Position numbers and translations under genes: made by a program. A model generated the notes under the pieces. It did no database searches and was not told the DNA's origin. It saw only the letters and a program-made list of their open reading frames with translations. A DNA stretch of 64,000 nt from Octopus vulgaris (Eukaryota): contig OX597816.1 in NCBI GenBank assembly GCA_951406725.2, positions 110,236,001-110,300,000 of the forward strand, given 5' to 3'. Positions 38,196 to 51,613 of the stretch are shown in pieces. Within the stretch, counting starts at the first letter, position 1. Each line of letters opens with the position of its first letter.

Positions 38196-41100
38196 TATTA
38201 ATTAACAATTTTCTATTGAAATAATTCTTGGTTCAATATATCTTAAGCAAATTATATATATCAGAACTGCCCGGCTACCTGCATCCAGGTACTGTAAACT
38301 TCTGTTGCAATCTTAATATATATTTGTATTTTCATGTTGACAGATATACTTGTATAGCAGTTTGAGAAGAAATATATGATATTGCTATTGTATTCATTTG
38401 CTACCGCTTTTACGTTTTAAAAATTATTTTCAATGAATTCAATTGATGTATTTCTATGTTAGGAGTAGATTTAAGAATTTTAACATGTTTCTATGTAGTT
38501 TGGGCAAACACATACTCACATACACGCACTAATAAACGCACTATGTTTTGTATGTATTATTTATAATATCTTTTGTGTTTGCGAATTTCGATAATCTAGT
38601 TTCTCCTGTCTTTCCAACTTATCAAACAAATTTATCATCTGTATGATTGTTTTTCTCACATTATATTTTCAATTATATTATTTTTATCTCTTTTTCTTCT
38701 CAGATTTTAAAACTTTTATTTTTATTTTCCTGATATCTGTCAGAAATAAACCCACTGAAAACAAATAAAAAAATGAATTCTTCTGAGATGTTAAGAATAC
38801 ACCAAAAATAACATGGTCTATCAGCTGTATTGGCTGCAATTCAAACAGTTCTATTTTCCCTGATTAAAACTTAAGGAAAATCATTCCGTTTTAACAAATA
38901 TATGTCCTGGGGAATTTCATTAATATTCCTTTTTCGGCCGATTATTTTCCTTTTGTGAATCTTTGTATATATACTTCTATATAATTTATCAGATGAAAGA
39001 ATATGCTAAACATATGTGCTGATACATCCCTATGTCTTTCGTGCATGAATTATTTCTGTCTAAATCATTATGTAAAATACAACAAAGATTAGTCGATGTG
39101 ACGCAACCAAATTACATACCCGCATTTTCAGAAGACCCCTGTAACATATTATTGGTCAGCATTATGTTCCATTCTGTGATAACAAAATCAAAGTTTATTC
39201 ATATCCTCTTGTTTCGTCAAAACCATGGTGACATGATACAATTATTTCTATCAATATTCCATCTTTGTATATTAGACATCCTAAGTATTCATAGAAAATT
39301 TACTAGCTTGAGTTAAGAACGATTTAGCAGTTACATATATCAGGTCAAGCTGATTATTTAAAGAAATTAGAATTAATATACAGTTATGCAAGACAAAACA
39401 GCGGGTTGTAACACAAAATTACCCAGAATGAATCTATGAAATAGTTCTGAAATATCCCTGGGTGGTTGATGTGTTGGTGTTTTCACTTTATGTAAAACGT
39501 TTGATGCACAGACTGTATAGAAAACACAGGTATGAGGATAATATAAATTGTGAGTCTAGACACTACTGCGTTAGCACAAGTATTTAACACATTATTTAAC
39601 TAAATTACTTTGGCCCTGGAGAATGTTTATCGATCTCCATTTTAATGGTGGCATGGGTTCTGTTTGAAGCATTAAGAATTCCCTCAAGCGTGGATAATTT
39701 TACCTTTTAATCATAGTCTTCGGAAGATCTTGACTACAAGTTTAGGTGATTTAAATTCTCAACATTTATCTTCTGGTTAACACGTACAAGAACAAATTAT
39801 GAATGAGAGTAATTCTAGTATTAGAATCTGTTAATTACTGCTGATGTTTATCTGTAGTTCTTTCAGAATTAGTCACTTAGTTTCAATAATTATTTGCAAC
39901 AACAGACCTAATCTACACAATCATGAGGTTGTTTAGCCTATTTTCCAATTCTTGTGAAAAAATGGAGGCATCTTCCAAAGACAGACGCAAACTATCAAAA
40001 AATTAATTTCTCAATATTTGATTTTTCAATGAGAAAAAGCACTTCCAATATCATTAATTGTGCAAAAAGTATTTTCTTTACCCATGAATATTGTTCTATT
40101 GTAGAGGGCTACAAAGATATATTATTCAGATTAACATACATGAAATTGGATTAGTGATTAAAATCACGGGAGTATGGGATAGGAATTATCTCTTAAATGA
40201 GAACCATGTGACAAAAGCCTATCTTTTAAGATTTGTATGCTAAAAACCTAAAACAACTTAAAACCGAGTCATTATATCCATTGTGATTACATTTTCTTTT
40301 TTATAAATTTTAATTCCTTTACTCCTGCCTCAGATTCGTATGTATAATGACGAGTAACAAATTTACAATGTAAAACTATAAGTTACATGAGTTATCGAGT
40401 TACAACTGAAGATGAATTTAATGATCCAAAACATATAACACAGACAACAAAATTGGCCGGAAAATACAATAATTCATGATGCTTTATTTCAGAACTATTT
40501 GATAAATACATTTGTTATACCAATGCCATACAACCTTACGTTATCCTGCGACTTGCTAATCAAAAAATACAATTTCCAATGGAACAAGTGTTTTTTGTTT
40601 TCAATAGAAGGTTCAAATACACGTAAATATTGTGATTTGATTTGTGTTTGAGCTTGTTGATATCAAATTACAATACATCAACCGAAAACAAAATCATTGG
40701 TTTGCTACTGGATGTTATGCACTATTTCTCGGGTTTAGAAGTAATATCTATCAACAGTAAATTAATATATCAAACACATAATTTCATTTTAAGCTGTAAG
40801 AGCTAAGTGAGACGTTAATTATGTGTTGGTTTCTAGTAATTATATATAAGCGGGTAGTTCATTATGTGTTTTACACCTGTTAATTTTCAAATCTATTTAG
40901 ACATTGGCAGAAGCAATTATGAGTGACATGTTAGCTCAAATGGGATGTTTCGATTTCTTAGCAAATCCAAGCCTCTCTCATTAGGCCTACTTTTCTTATG
41001 CTCCAAAAAATAAATAAACCAAATATAATCAGCTTAATCATGTTGCAATGTTGCATTTTTCAAAACGAGGTTTGAATGGATAATTGAATTCTTGAGGGAT

Positions 41101-43660
41101 CAGATATTGACATGAGGAATTTGTTTTTGTATTACATTGTGTTTCATTTTAAAACAATAGAATAAAAATTATGTCCTTTTGGAATTTTACTAAATAGTTT
41201 TCTCAAAACATATGGATGTAGCATTTTCCAAAAACAGTTAAACCGTTTAATATGCCTTAAATATTCAAATAAAGGCCTGTATTTGAAAAATGCAAAAACA
41301 TTGGCTGTGAAATATGAAAAAACAATGTAATCGAAGCAGAGGGGTTTCAGTCACTAAAGTATTTGTTTAGTATTTTAGCTTCACTCCTAAAGGAATTGCT
41401 AATGTCTATATAAATCTGGATCTATTAAAAATTTAATTTGATTTCATTCATCTATGCGATCAGTATTTACAAGCGTACCACTCACACGTACGAATAAAAG
41501 CTTTGTAAAGTTGGAAAATCTTATAGGAAACAAGTCGCTAAACCAGTGTAATCCAGCTTATCTTAAAAAGAGCCTTGTGAGATTTAGAATAAACAGTTAG
41601 GCCTATACTACTACCGATGATTCGGGCATCGTTAGATGACTGACATTTTATACACAGGTCATTCAAGTGTTTCAATCAACATAGAAAAGTGGATTTTACC
41701 ACAACCCCAGGTTGATGAATATATATATAGATAAAACTAATATGGTAGATGTTCATTATGTAGAAGCCCGTTGTTTGTACATATAACTCTTTTGCATTGA
41801 CTTCAAATGTAAATGATCGCATAGCCATGCGTGTACGATTCATATGAAAGATATTCACTTGCATACGCCCAAAAAAGACAAAACACACACATATATGAGC
41901 GTATACGATTTCATATTATGTATCTGCGCGTGCGTGTACGTATATAATTGTAATGTTAACTTTTGCCTATTTCTTTATAATTCATTATGCATATAGCTAT
42001 GCAAGGATCCCCAAATACTAGTGCTTTCGGGACTACGCGCTGGAAGACGTATTCTCAAAGTCAAACAATTATGCAAAAGACCGTTTGAAATGCAGTAAAC
42101 CAGTGTTTGATCCGTCGTAAATATATTATCGAATTTCTTATTCAGAAATCACAGTATGTAACAATGTCAACAATATAAGAAATTAAAACCATTTTATATA
42201 CATCATATATTAATTTAATCTTACGAATTTCCCATTCGGAATTTGTTAACTTATCAACGGGAGATGGGGATAATGAGAACATATGATAGACGATGTATTA
42301 ACCATTCGGAATCTGCAAATAAAATAACCTCTTACTATTTTTATTTTTACTGTTTTGAATTATTGTTCAAATATTTTATCAATACTGAAAGTTTTCTTTC
42401 AGCTTTAAGTTACATCTTTCACAACCACTCAATATGTTTTCTTTGTATTACCAGCTGACGCACATTCTCTATGAAAACAATCAAACAAACAAATAAACAA
42501 AAAGAGCGTAGCTAATTTAAAGTCAATGCAAGAGAATTATTGATTGTCATAACAACAGATATACGGAAGATAAACCAAAATTGCAAATATATTTGAAGTC
42601 CAAACCTGGAGAGATGAAACTGAATAGTGTTGTATAAAAATGTGAGATCTGATTTGGTGAATACATGATGTCTCATGAAAATTTATTTCACGCAATCTTT
42701 CACAAAACCGATTAAATGAATTTGTATGTTGCTGGGTGGTTAAAATTGTATTATTGCGTTCTAGTAAAATTGTATATTGCCGGGTGATTAATCTGTAGAA
42801 TCTATACAGTTCAGCTTCAAAAATTGCTAGTGTGTGTTTAGGAATATATTTGTTAGCAGATCCACTAAATAGGAACATGATGCTTAAGACTAGAAAGATT
42901 ATACTTGAAATCTGTTTGTAAGGAAATCGCATTCACTCTAGGCATTTGACTTGCTACTTCTGCAAAGAAGGGCCTGGATAGTATTTATACTTTGCACTAC
43001 AACAGCATTAAATAAATGTAATTTTCAGGAAAATGACATAAGGAAATACGAAAATGATATTTAAACACAACTTCTAATCAAAATTGTATTCCCCATAACT
43101 ACTCTGCAATGCGGTTTTGGCTTATCTCTGCTGACAAATCCGTATGGCATTTTGCATTATTGTATAAAACATAGGATAATTTTTCTGCTAGGTATATTTT
43201 GTTATTCTGCTCGTATTGAAAACGAAATAAGCTTACAAAAATGCAAAGCAATGTCCCAGTGGAGAATGCTCGTTGCCTCAATCCCGATATAAGCTTTAAA
43301 GACATGAATGCAAGTACTTTAAATCCCATTCTATTATGCTTCGTATAAATATATTTATTGATTACAGTGTTTGAGATTTTTCATTCTAAGATTTTGTAAA
43401 TCTGTTTTTGGCCATTTCAGATGCAACAGGGAGATTTATAAAACTATATGAGCATTTGGGGATGAATTCACGAACACTGTGTTTCATAATTTCTGTTTAT
43501 GTTTAAAAGATTGCAAATGGCTAAAAGAAAAAAGAATACAAGTTTCTGAATTGCTGAAGATGCTTATCTAAACTTCTCATTCATATTCACTTTCGCTTCA
43601 TTTTCTTCGTTATTATAAGTACCATTTCTGTGTTGGAGTGTCGTATATTCTCATAATGCA

Positions 43661-43705
<45 letters not shown>

Positions 43706-43709
<4 letters not shown>

Positions 43710-44214
43710 TGATAAGAGTAAATAATTTTTATAAAGGCTTTTAAAAAAACCCCAATTATTTACTGGTAGAATTCGGTATGTAAATATAGCCGATTACCGG
43801 CAGGAACTTCTGTAAAGTTCAGTATATATATTGTATATAAGAAAAAGGGACAGGCAAAACAGGTTGCTTGACCGCATACCGAAATAGCAGTCAAGAATGC
43901 TTATTTCTATCAAAGTTGGACTCCGGGCATGACAGACCCTGTAATTCACATATGCAAAACAGAAGGAATAGATAACGAATACGAAGTCTGGCGGTTATCT
44001 GTGAACATCATGTTTCTGGATTATAAACATATTGAATATATATTCCATATATTTTTGATATATATTTCATATATATTGCATATATATTTCACATCCTTCT
44101 TCAGCACAGCTTTCCATTGAAAAAGATTTATCATAGATTTATCAAATGCTACGTACCTCAAACCTTCTGACCATGCGACATCAAAATATTTGAAGAAAGT
44201 GAGCAAAGGCTAAA

Positions 44215-44216
<2 letters not shown>
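43706..44216. mobile_element. ~510 bp multi-hairpin insert between (TA)n tracts
   Basis: TA runs on both sides; hairpins agtaaataatt/aattatttact, gaactt/aagttc, cttgac/gtcaag. Confidence 0.6.
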
Positions 44217-44261
<45 letters not shown>

Positions 44262-44295
44262 AAAGCATGCTTATACGTTCTATGTACATATATAC

Positions 44296-44331
<36 letters not shown>

Positions 44332-44962
44332 GGCGGTGTACCTGCGTTTACGATGTTAATAACAAAATATGATCAATATTTTGTCATGATATTTTCTACA
44401 GAAACCTATTGTAGAAGACAGCTTTAAATTCCCTATCTGTGGCAAACACACAGGGGTCTATCTATCTATCTATCGATCTATCTATCTATCGATCCATCTG
44501 TCTGTCTGTCTGTCTGTCGGTCGGTCATTTTGTATATAAAACTGTCTATTTGTGAGTACACAGGCCTTTGTATATTTACGGATGAAAGTGTGAAACTTTG
44601 TGGGAGTGGGCTTGAGTTAATTCTACATTAGATTTAATATCTGGAAAAATGGAGCAAAATGTTATATTATAATTTATACATCTTTTAATTGTTATATTTG
44701 AAATTTATTTCAAAAGCAAATGTCTACGATGGTTTCAGCATAAATCTAATAAAATATGCAGTGTAGATACAGTGTTGAAAATAGATATAAGGTATTTAAA
44801 TAATGCGTATTTCAAACGGGTTTTACGATTTTCCTCGCTGTTCAAGGTCTATATACTAGAAATGCACAATTATATCGATATAATTGTGCTGGAGTGTACG
44901 CATGTGTACGAGCGCTTTTCAAGAGATTACAAAACTGTGTTTTTACGCGAACGAAAGTAATT

Positions 44963-45353
44963 TTTATATATAAAAGTGAAGTTGTGTGTCTGTCTCCTAC
45001 GATTTAGATTCCTAACTACTCCCACATTTTGCGGTGCAGTGTAACCAAAAGCGGGTATCTTATAGTCGTGATTCATATCGAGCCCTTCTGGGTATTAGCG
45101 CGCGTCTACGATGAGTCTACAATTTAAAAACAAATTACCATCATTTTCCTCCATTTTAATGCATTTTTTTGCTATTATATAAGGGAAGTAACTCTCTAAA
45201 AATGTATTATTAAATCTCAGAACGTAAAAAGCTACAGTAACACCCCCCTTTGTGGTTAGCGATATTGAGATGGCTATTATACTTTACATCTCTAAAAATG
45301 TTTATATAGTTATTTCCCTTACAAACCCGAGCAACGCCGGGCGATACTACTAG
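44963..45353 (+). mobile_element. Non-autonomous Helitron
   Basis: 3' GC-rich hairpin cccgagcaacgccggg (45326-45341) then CTAG (45350-45353) followed by T; 5' end tatatataaaagtgaagttg approximate. Confidence 0.8.
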
Positions 45354-46000
45354 TATTTGATAAAGGGGATTCATTCATACGTGTATCCTAGGCTACAGTT
45401 ATATACATGCGTATACATATTTGTGTGTATATGTGTATATATGTGTGTATATGTGTGTGTATAAGTGGGTGTGTGCTTGTATGTGTTTTTGTGTGTTTGC
45501 GTGTGTGTATGTGTGCAGTATGGTCTATGTATGTGCATTTATATATTCATCTGTCTCCCAATATATGAAAACATATCTCTTGGAAATATATATCTTTCTA
45601 TATCTTTGATATATTTAACATGCTCTATCTGTGTATGCACATAAATAGGTGTGTCTATTTATATGCGTGTGCGTGAGTGAATATGTATGGAGAAGAATGT
45701 ATGTGCCAGTATGTGTGTTTGTGTGTGTATGTAAAATGTACATGTAAGAGTCTTCAACCATTGGTGCTGACAACATTGAGACAACAAGATAATAACGTGT
45801 ATAAACATATTTCTGTAAAATATTTCATCTGTCGCTTTACGTAAGCATTGGAATTGCCGAAATTATATAATACACCGACCAATTTTTCCTTCTTTTGATG
45901 GCAACATTTAATAAAATGCCTATATTGATGGTGCGTAATATCAGAACTGCTAAGGTGCATTTTGCAAATAGTTTGAGCATCTAAACAAAACCATAAAATC

Positions 46001-46061
<61 letters not shown>

Positions 46062-46128
46062 GTAAAGTAATAATAATGATGATGATGATGATGATGATGA
46101 TGATAACTATTATGATTATTATTATTAT
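46001..46128. repeat. (AAT)n/(GAT)n microsatellite
   Basis: Direct reading. Confidence 0.95.
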
Positions 46129-46131
46129 GAA

Positions 46132-46456
46132 GGCCCATGGCTCAGTGGTTAGAGCGTCGAGCTTACGATCGTGAGGTTGTGAGTTCGAATCGGACTGCGT
46201 GTTGTATTCTTTCGCAAGATACTTTATTTCACGTTGCTCCAGTTCACTCAGCTGTAGAAATGAGTTGCGACGTCACATGTGCCAAGCCATATCGGTTTTT
46301 GCCTTTCTCTTGGATAACACTGGTGGCGTGGAGAGGGGAAGCCGGTATGCATGGACGACAGCTGGTCTTCCATAAACACCATTGCCGGGACTTGTGCCTG
46401 GGAGTGTAACTTTATAGGTGCAATCCCATGGTCAGTCATGACCGAAGGGGATCCTA
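46132..46456 (+). mobile_element. tRNA-derived SINE (different family)
   Basis: Box A tggctcagtgg and box B gttcgaatc, followed by a ~270-bp non-tRNA body. Confidence 0.85.
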
Positions 46457-46469
46457 AATTACTATTATT

Positions 46470-47745
46470 GAGTGAGAGAGAAGCGCACACCATCTAAATA
46501 ACACTGGGTTATCAATATACGAAGCCTTGTATACGCATCATGGCTACCTGCCTGATAAGCGTACACCTAGCACATGCATCACAACCATATATCCACGACA
46601 TCGTGTTCTCATATGAAGACAAACAGTTTCCAACATTGCAGGTGGGGCTTCGAATTTTCTTCAGGTCGAGTGCCCCTCCCCGCTCAAAAGGTCATTGAAT
46701 AAAGGTTGTTTAAAGTTGATGAACACCAATGTTTACAAGGGTGAATTATTCGAAGCCGAAAGAATTCCTCTCAACACATGGCTATGATGTCCCCCCACTA
46801 CTTCTGCTCGTGATCAGAGATGTACATACCATCAGCCACTAAGGAATATGCTCAACTGGTTAATATTAAGCCGCTGATAAGGAAAACCCTGGTATTGAGC
46901 AAAATATTTGCTGTAGTCCATCTTTTATAGTATGATAAAACAATGATAACACATCCAATCAGCTAAGACCAGAAGACATGAGAGCCATTGCCTGGTACTG
47001 CATCAGGGCATTTATTATTATTATCAAGTGAGAGAGCAGCGCGTGCTATCAAAGTATCACTGGGGTACCAAAATACGAAGCTCAATATACCCCTCATGAC
47101 TACCCGTATGAGAAGGCTACACCATGTACATGAATCACAACCATATGTGCGCGACATGGTAATTTCATATCAATATAAACTGCTCATGACAGTGCAGATG
47201 GAGCCCAGTTAGACTTTTCTTCGCTCGAGTAACTCATTCCGCTCAAATGGTCCCAGATGATGAACGAAACGCCCATGTTTCCAGAGGTGAATAATCCACG
47301 CCCCCAAAATTTCTCTCAACACATAGCTATGATGCTCCCACACTACTTGTGCTCGTGATCAGAGATGCACATATCGTCAGTCAATGAGTAACATGCTCAA
47401 CCTGTAATGGTTTGTCTTTGGTTCAAATGATGGTGGGCTACAGCAAAATTCTGCTCTGTACAACAGATTTGCTTGTCATTTATTTGATCCTAACCTGTTG
47501 AGCATGTCCCTTAGTGGCTAATAATATATGCATCTCTGATCAGGAGCAGAAGTAGTGGGTGGGCATCATAGCCATATGTTGGGAAGAATGCTTGTGGGTC
47601 TGAGTAATCACTCTGTAGCGCTCACATAATCGTGATGCATATGCCTGGCGTACACGTATCGGGCAGGTAGTCATGATGGATAATGTGGGCATTGCATATA
47701 TGTATCCCCGTTTCAGTATGATGGCGTGCGCTACTCTCTCTCAGT
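46470..47745. repeat. Three copies of a ~540 bp interspersed repeat (46470-47010, 47026-47400, inverted 47431-47745)
   Basis: Shared gtgagagag..aacacatggctatgatg..gctcgtgatcagagatg; short (TTA)n junctions; another fragment at ~54100-54215. Confidence 0.85.
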
Positions 47746-47929
47746 AATAATGATAATAACAATTCTACCGCCGAAGAAATCAACCTCCACTCCGCTTCAA
47801 TATTCTAAGTTTCCTGAGGATTCCTTTGCAACTGGATGTGATAGTGTCACGATGGCTTCAAATTTAATCCTGTAATGCACAATGGCCTTATATGCTCCGA
47901 GGAGCCTTTTTCTTGTTGTTAGTCGTAAG

Positions 47930-48910
47930 TGACAGTTGATAGGCCAGCATGGTAAGTCAGTACAGAATCAAATATGCTCGAGTTAGAAACAATATATATC
48001 TGTAACCTCTGTCCTATAGTATTCCTATATCGATACCCCTGTATTGGAAGAATGTGTTCATAAAAGTGAACCCACTTCCAGCACAGGAGTCTAGTAGTTC
48101 TTCACTATTAACATTGATTTAGTGGTTGCATTTCCTTCTATCACTTTTTCTCATTTCCATTGGCAGGTGAATTCAGGACTCCTTATGGGAGAAATATCTC
48201 TTAACGTCGTCTCAATTAGAAGTGACTTTCTCAAAGAAGGATATATATTCAGCTTTGCAGTGTAGTGCATATACCTGTGACAGGCACAGCGGTCCTTCCT
48301 TCACTCCAACCTTCAGGAAGCAAAATTTTCCTCATAGTGAGATCCATTTCATAATACAATTCAACTGGGATATTTAAACTTCCCCTGCTTCAGCATGTGC
48401 ATGGCGTTATGCCTGAATGGCAGAAGCACTATCCTCCTCCTACCTCAACGGTTTTAGGACCGCAAACCGTTGCTGAAGAGATACCAAATATATCTTAGCC
48501 AATAGCGTTTGCCCCCCTCCGCTAATTCATGCTCTTTGCCCACAACGTTTGTGATATTCTATTTTCCAAGCATTAGCGGTTATTTCCTCCTGGATTAGAT
48601 TCGAGGCCATGGAAGCCCTCTCCACCCCTCCCAGAACCAGCCGCAAACTTATTGCTGCCTGTTCATGCATTTAGTGGAGAATGTTATATATTTTTCGAGC
48701 AACTACTGCTACCTAAGATCCGAACACCTCTCTTGTTAACCCCCATGACGGACGATGCGATATGGTTTAACCAGTTAGTTAAAGACACCTTGCAAGCAAA
48801 GAAATACGCTTACAAAGCTTGGCTTGAAAATATATCTCTGTTTCTGAACATGCATTGCACTAAACCAGGAAAAGTCGTAGCAGGAACAATGGAGAAGCTC
48901 AAGATTCAAG
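47930..48910 (-). mobile_element. Decayed RTE-like LINE fragments (APE on minus, downstream linker on plus)
   Basis: Minus: LGK*NITNVVGKEHELAE..DIFGISS and NVNSEELLDSCAGSGFTFMNTFFQYR; plus: WFNQLVKDTLQAKKYAYKAWL. Confidence 0.7.
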
Positions 48911-50259
48911 CTTGAAAGGTTTTGAGATTTTAAAGCGGCCATTAAAGTGTTCTAATAGACCATTCTTCTTCTTCATAACAAACAACCCTCTTCCAGGCCT
49001 GCTATTAAAAACTCGGCCAGGGTTCTTCTCTCTAAAGAAAAGAGCATCCTTGAGAAGCGAAAACATTCTTATTTGGATGGAAGTTGTTGTTTGATAGCGC
49101 ACTTGTGAACGTTTTCGTGTTTCACGTGATGTACATTACGCAACCAAATAAATACAAATGATGCTTTTTCGATGTTTCTTGTAACAGACGGAGGAACATT
49201 TCATAAACAGCTTGAAGCTAATAAATTTAATCTATGTTTTGTAGTCAACCATTTTGCTTAGCGACACATAATATGAAATATGAATAATACGTAATATTTC
49301 ATAGGCAGACAAAAATTACCCTTTAGCTTGCAGTTAATTCAAAGTAACTACAAATACTCTTATTGCAGCAGAATGCTAATGTGCTAAATATAAAATTGAC
49401 ACTTCAGAAGCAGAATGAGGTAATTAAAAGCGGTTAATTCTCATACAGTTCAATGACTTCATTTTGGGAATTGATAGCACTTCATGCGTGTGAACAATTT
49501 ATTCACTTTACAGGTTCTGGCATACACATGTTTGTTCTATCAAAAACCATGGCGTAATTATGGTTCAGACAACGTCTATGAAGACAATTACGTAAGCGAA
49601 ACATATTAATAAATATAAGTGCGCATTGGTTTAATATGCTCTAGGTTATTAAATACATTTATAATATATAAATTAGAAATATATACAAAAAAAACGTTGA
49701 GTAGTGACGAAACGGATAAAAATTTAAATAAGTCAGAATGAATGCAGAGATTTATAACTAAATATTTGACCTTCACGATCTGGAGATGTTTTTGTGGTTT
49801 GCATAGCTACCAAGAGTGGCTATCTGAGCGGCAGAGCGTATATCTGAAATGGCCAATATGAACGGCCCGAAACAGTTCGCTGTGGAACATCACTCACTAT
49901 TTGTGTATCCTTGAAGGTGCCTCCATTGTTAAACGCTACCTTACTTCTATCTTTTAAAATGTTATGCACTCACTCTTAACATTTTCAACTCTCCCGAAAT
50001 GAAGCAGCTTGTGACATCTTATACCATGGTAGAAGTATGAGAGGCTATTCTAAACATATCACACCTACACATGTGTTGTTGCGCAGCTATTATAACACAC
50101 AATCGTATTACAGTAAGACCTGTGTCAGCCGCTTTCTACCTGGTCCAAATGTATGCTGGGTATCAGTCAGCATTTTTTTCTCTTTAAGAAACGCAATTCC
50201 TTGTGACTGATTCTTCCAAACTTTGTTGATGTATGATGCGACAGCTTTGAAAAATTTTA

Positions 50260-50420
50260 GTCGAATTTAGCCCCAGTACTTACTAATTTTTGTAAAGCCT
50301 CGCATTTGTTCCATACGCTGCTTTTGTTGAACTGTTATGCTACGGGGACGTAAACAAAAGAACACCGATTGTCAAACGGCGGTGGAGGACAAACTCATAT
50401 ACAAAGACACAAACTCGCAC
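50260..50420 (-). mobile_element. SINE fragment (family of 11299-11720)
   Basis: tacggggacgtaaaca..accgattgtcaaacggcggtggaggacaaac. Confidence 0.7.
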
Positions 50421-50509
50421 ATCACACACACATATATAAATATACATACACATACACAGTCACATACGCATATACATACATACATACATACATATACATA
50501 CACACATAC

Positions 50510-50545
<36 letters not shown>

Positions 50546-51039
50546 GTTTGTGTGGGGGTATCTGTCTCTTACGGTGCACGTTTGTATGAAAACGAAAATC
50601 TTGCTATATTACGTAATATCGGGCAATGTTCCATTATTCCCGTTATTTCACTATTATTATTCTTCATCGTTGTGTTCACGTGTCTCTCATACTTGCCTTA
50701 TTTTCCGATCATTTACTTTTACGTCTCAATATCAGAACTATCCTCTCTTGTATGAACAGTCTGCATTCTTTAATATTTCAAAGTTAGCATGTACTGTTAT
50801 ATTAACCATTTTCCCTTATTTCATATTTGTCAAATGCATCCTAATAAGCTAAGTAAGGCCACCAAAAATGTCGACATATATTTACAACATTACATTCATG
50901 GTTACCCATAAAATATTTTTCCTTTTACCAAGCATATTTATGTTTATGCTTTGGAGCGTATCATTTGAAATCCGAGCTTCCAAGTGGATGTTAGAGTATC
51001 AATCTTTCCTAAATCAACTCCCAGTTACTAAATCAAGAA

Positions 51040-51071
<32 letters not shown>

Positions 51072-51488
51072 GCGGGGAATTTTAGCCATATTCCCGAAAC
51101 ACAAGATACGTTCAATAGGCATTATTAGTTATCATTCTATAATGCAATTGGTGAGCGTACCAAAAATTATATTCATATTTGCTTCTGAAAAGCTCATAAG
51201 CATGTCAATGCAGCTTGATTTTCGCTTCAAATATAAGATGTGAGTTATGTATTTACTTTGCTCGTGCGATCATCAACTGATCACTATCATATAATTACCC
51301 AGCCATTGCTTTCTTAAGCAAGTCGTCGCTAAAATAGTTTCCCAATAACGTTTAAAGCTTTCAGCACGCAAGTTTGAGGTGGCAAGCCTACATGCGCACA
51401 TACAGAAATATAAGACAAGGAATAAATAATGGTCACTCTATACTTCTTTATTGTAGTAAATTTAACTAACATTTGTTATAAGCAGAAG

Positions 51489-51613
51489 TGATTCTGATGA
51501 AAGTAGCGTTTCTTCTCTAGGTCGATCAATGTTTCTCAAGCGATTAATGAACTTATTAAGTAATCCTGTCAATAACGAACCAGTTAATTACTACTGGAAA
51601 CAGTTGTAAATCA
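51489..51613 (+). ncRNA. Type I hammerhead with long stem II insert
   Basis: tgatt CTGATGA aagtag...ctactg GAAA CAGTTGT A aatca: 5-bp stem I, agtag/ctact stem II, near-palindromic stem III, GUA triplet. Confidence 0.8.

Noticed and set aside
46132-46195. tRNA gene
   Set aside because: No 3' acceptor stem; continues into a SINE body.
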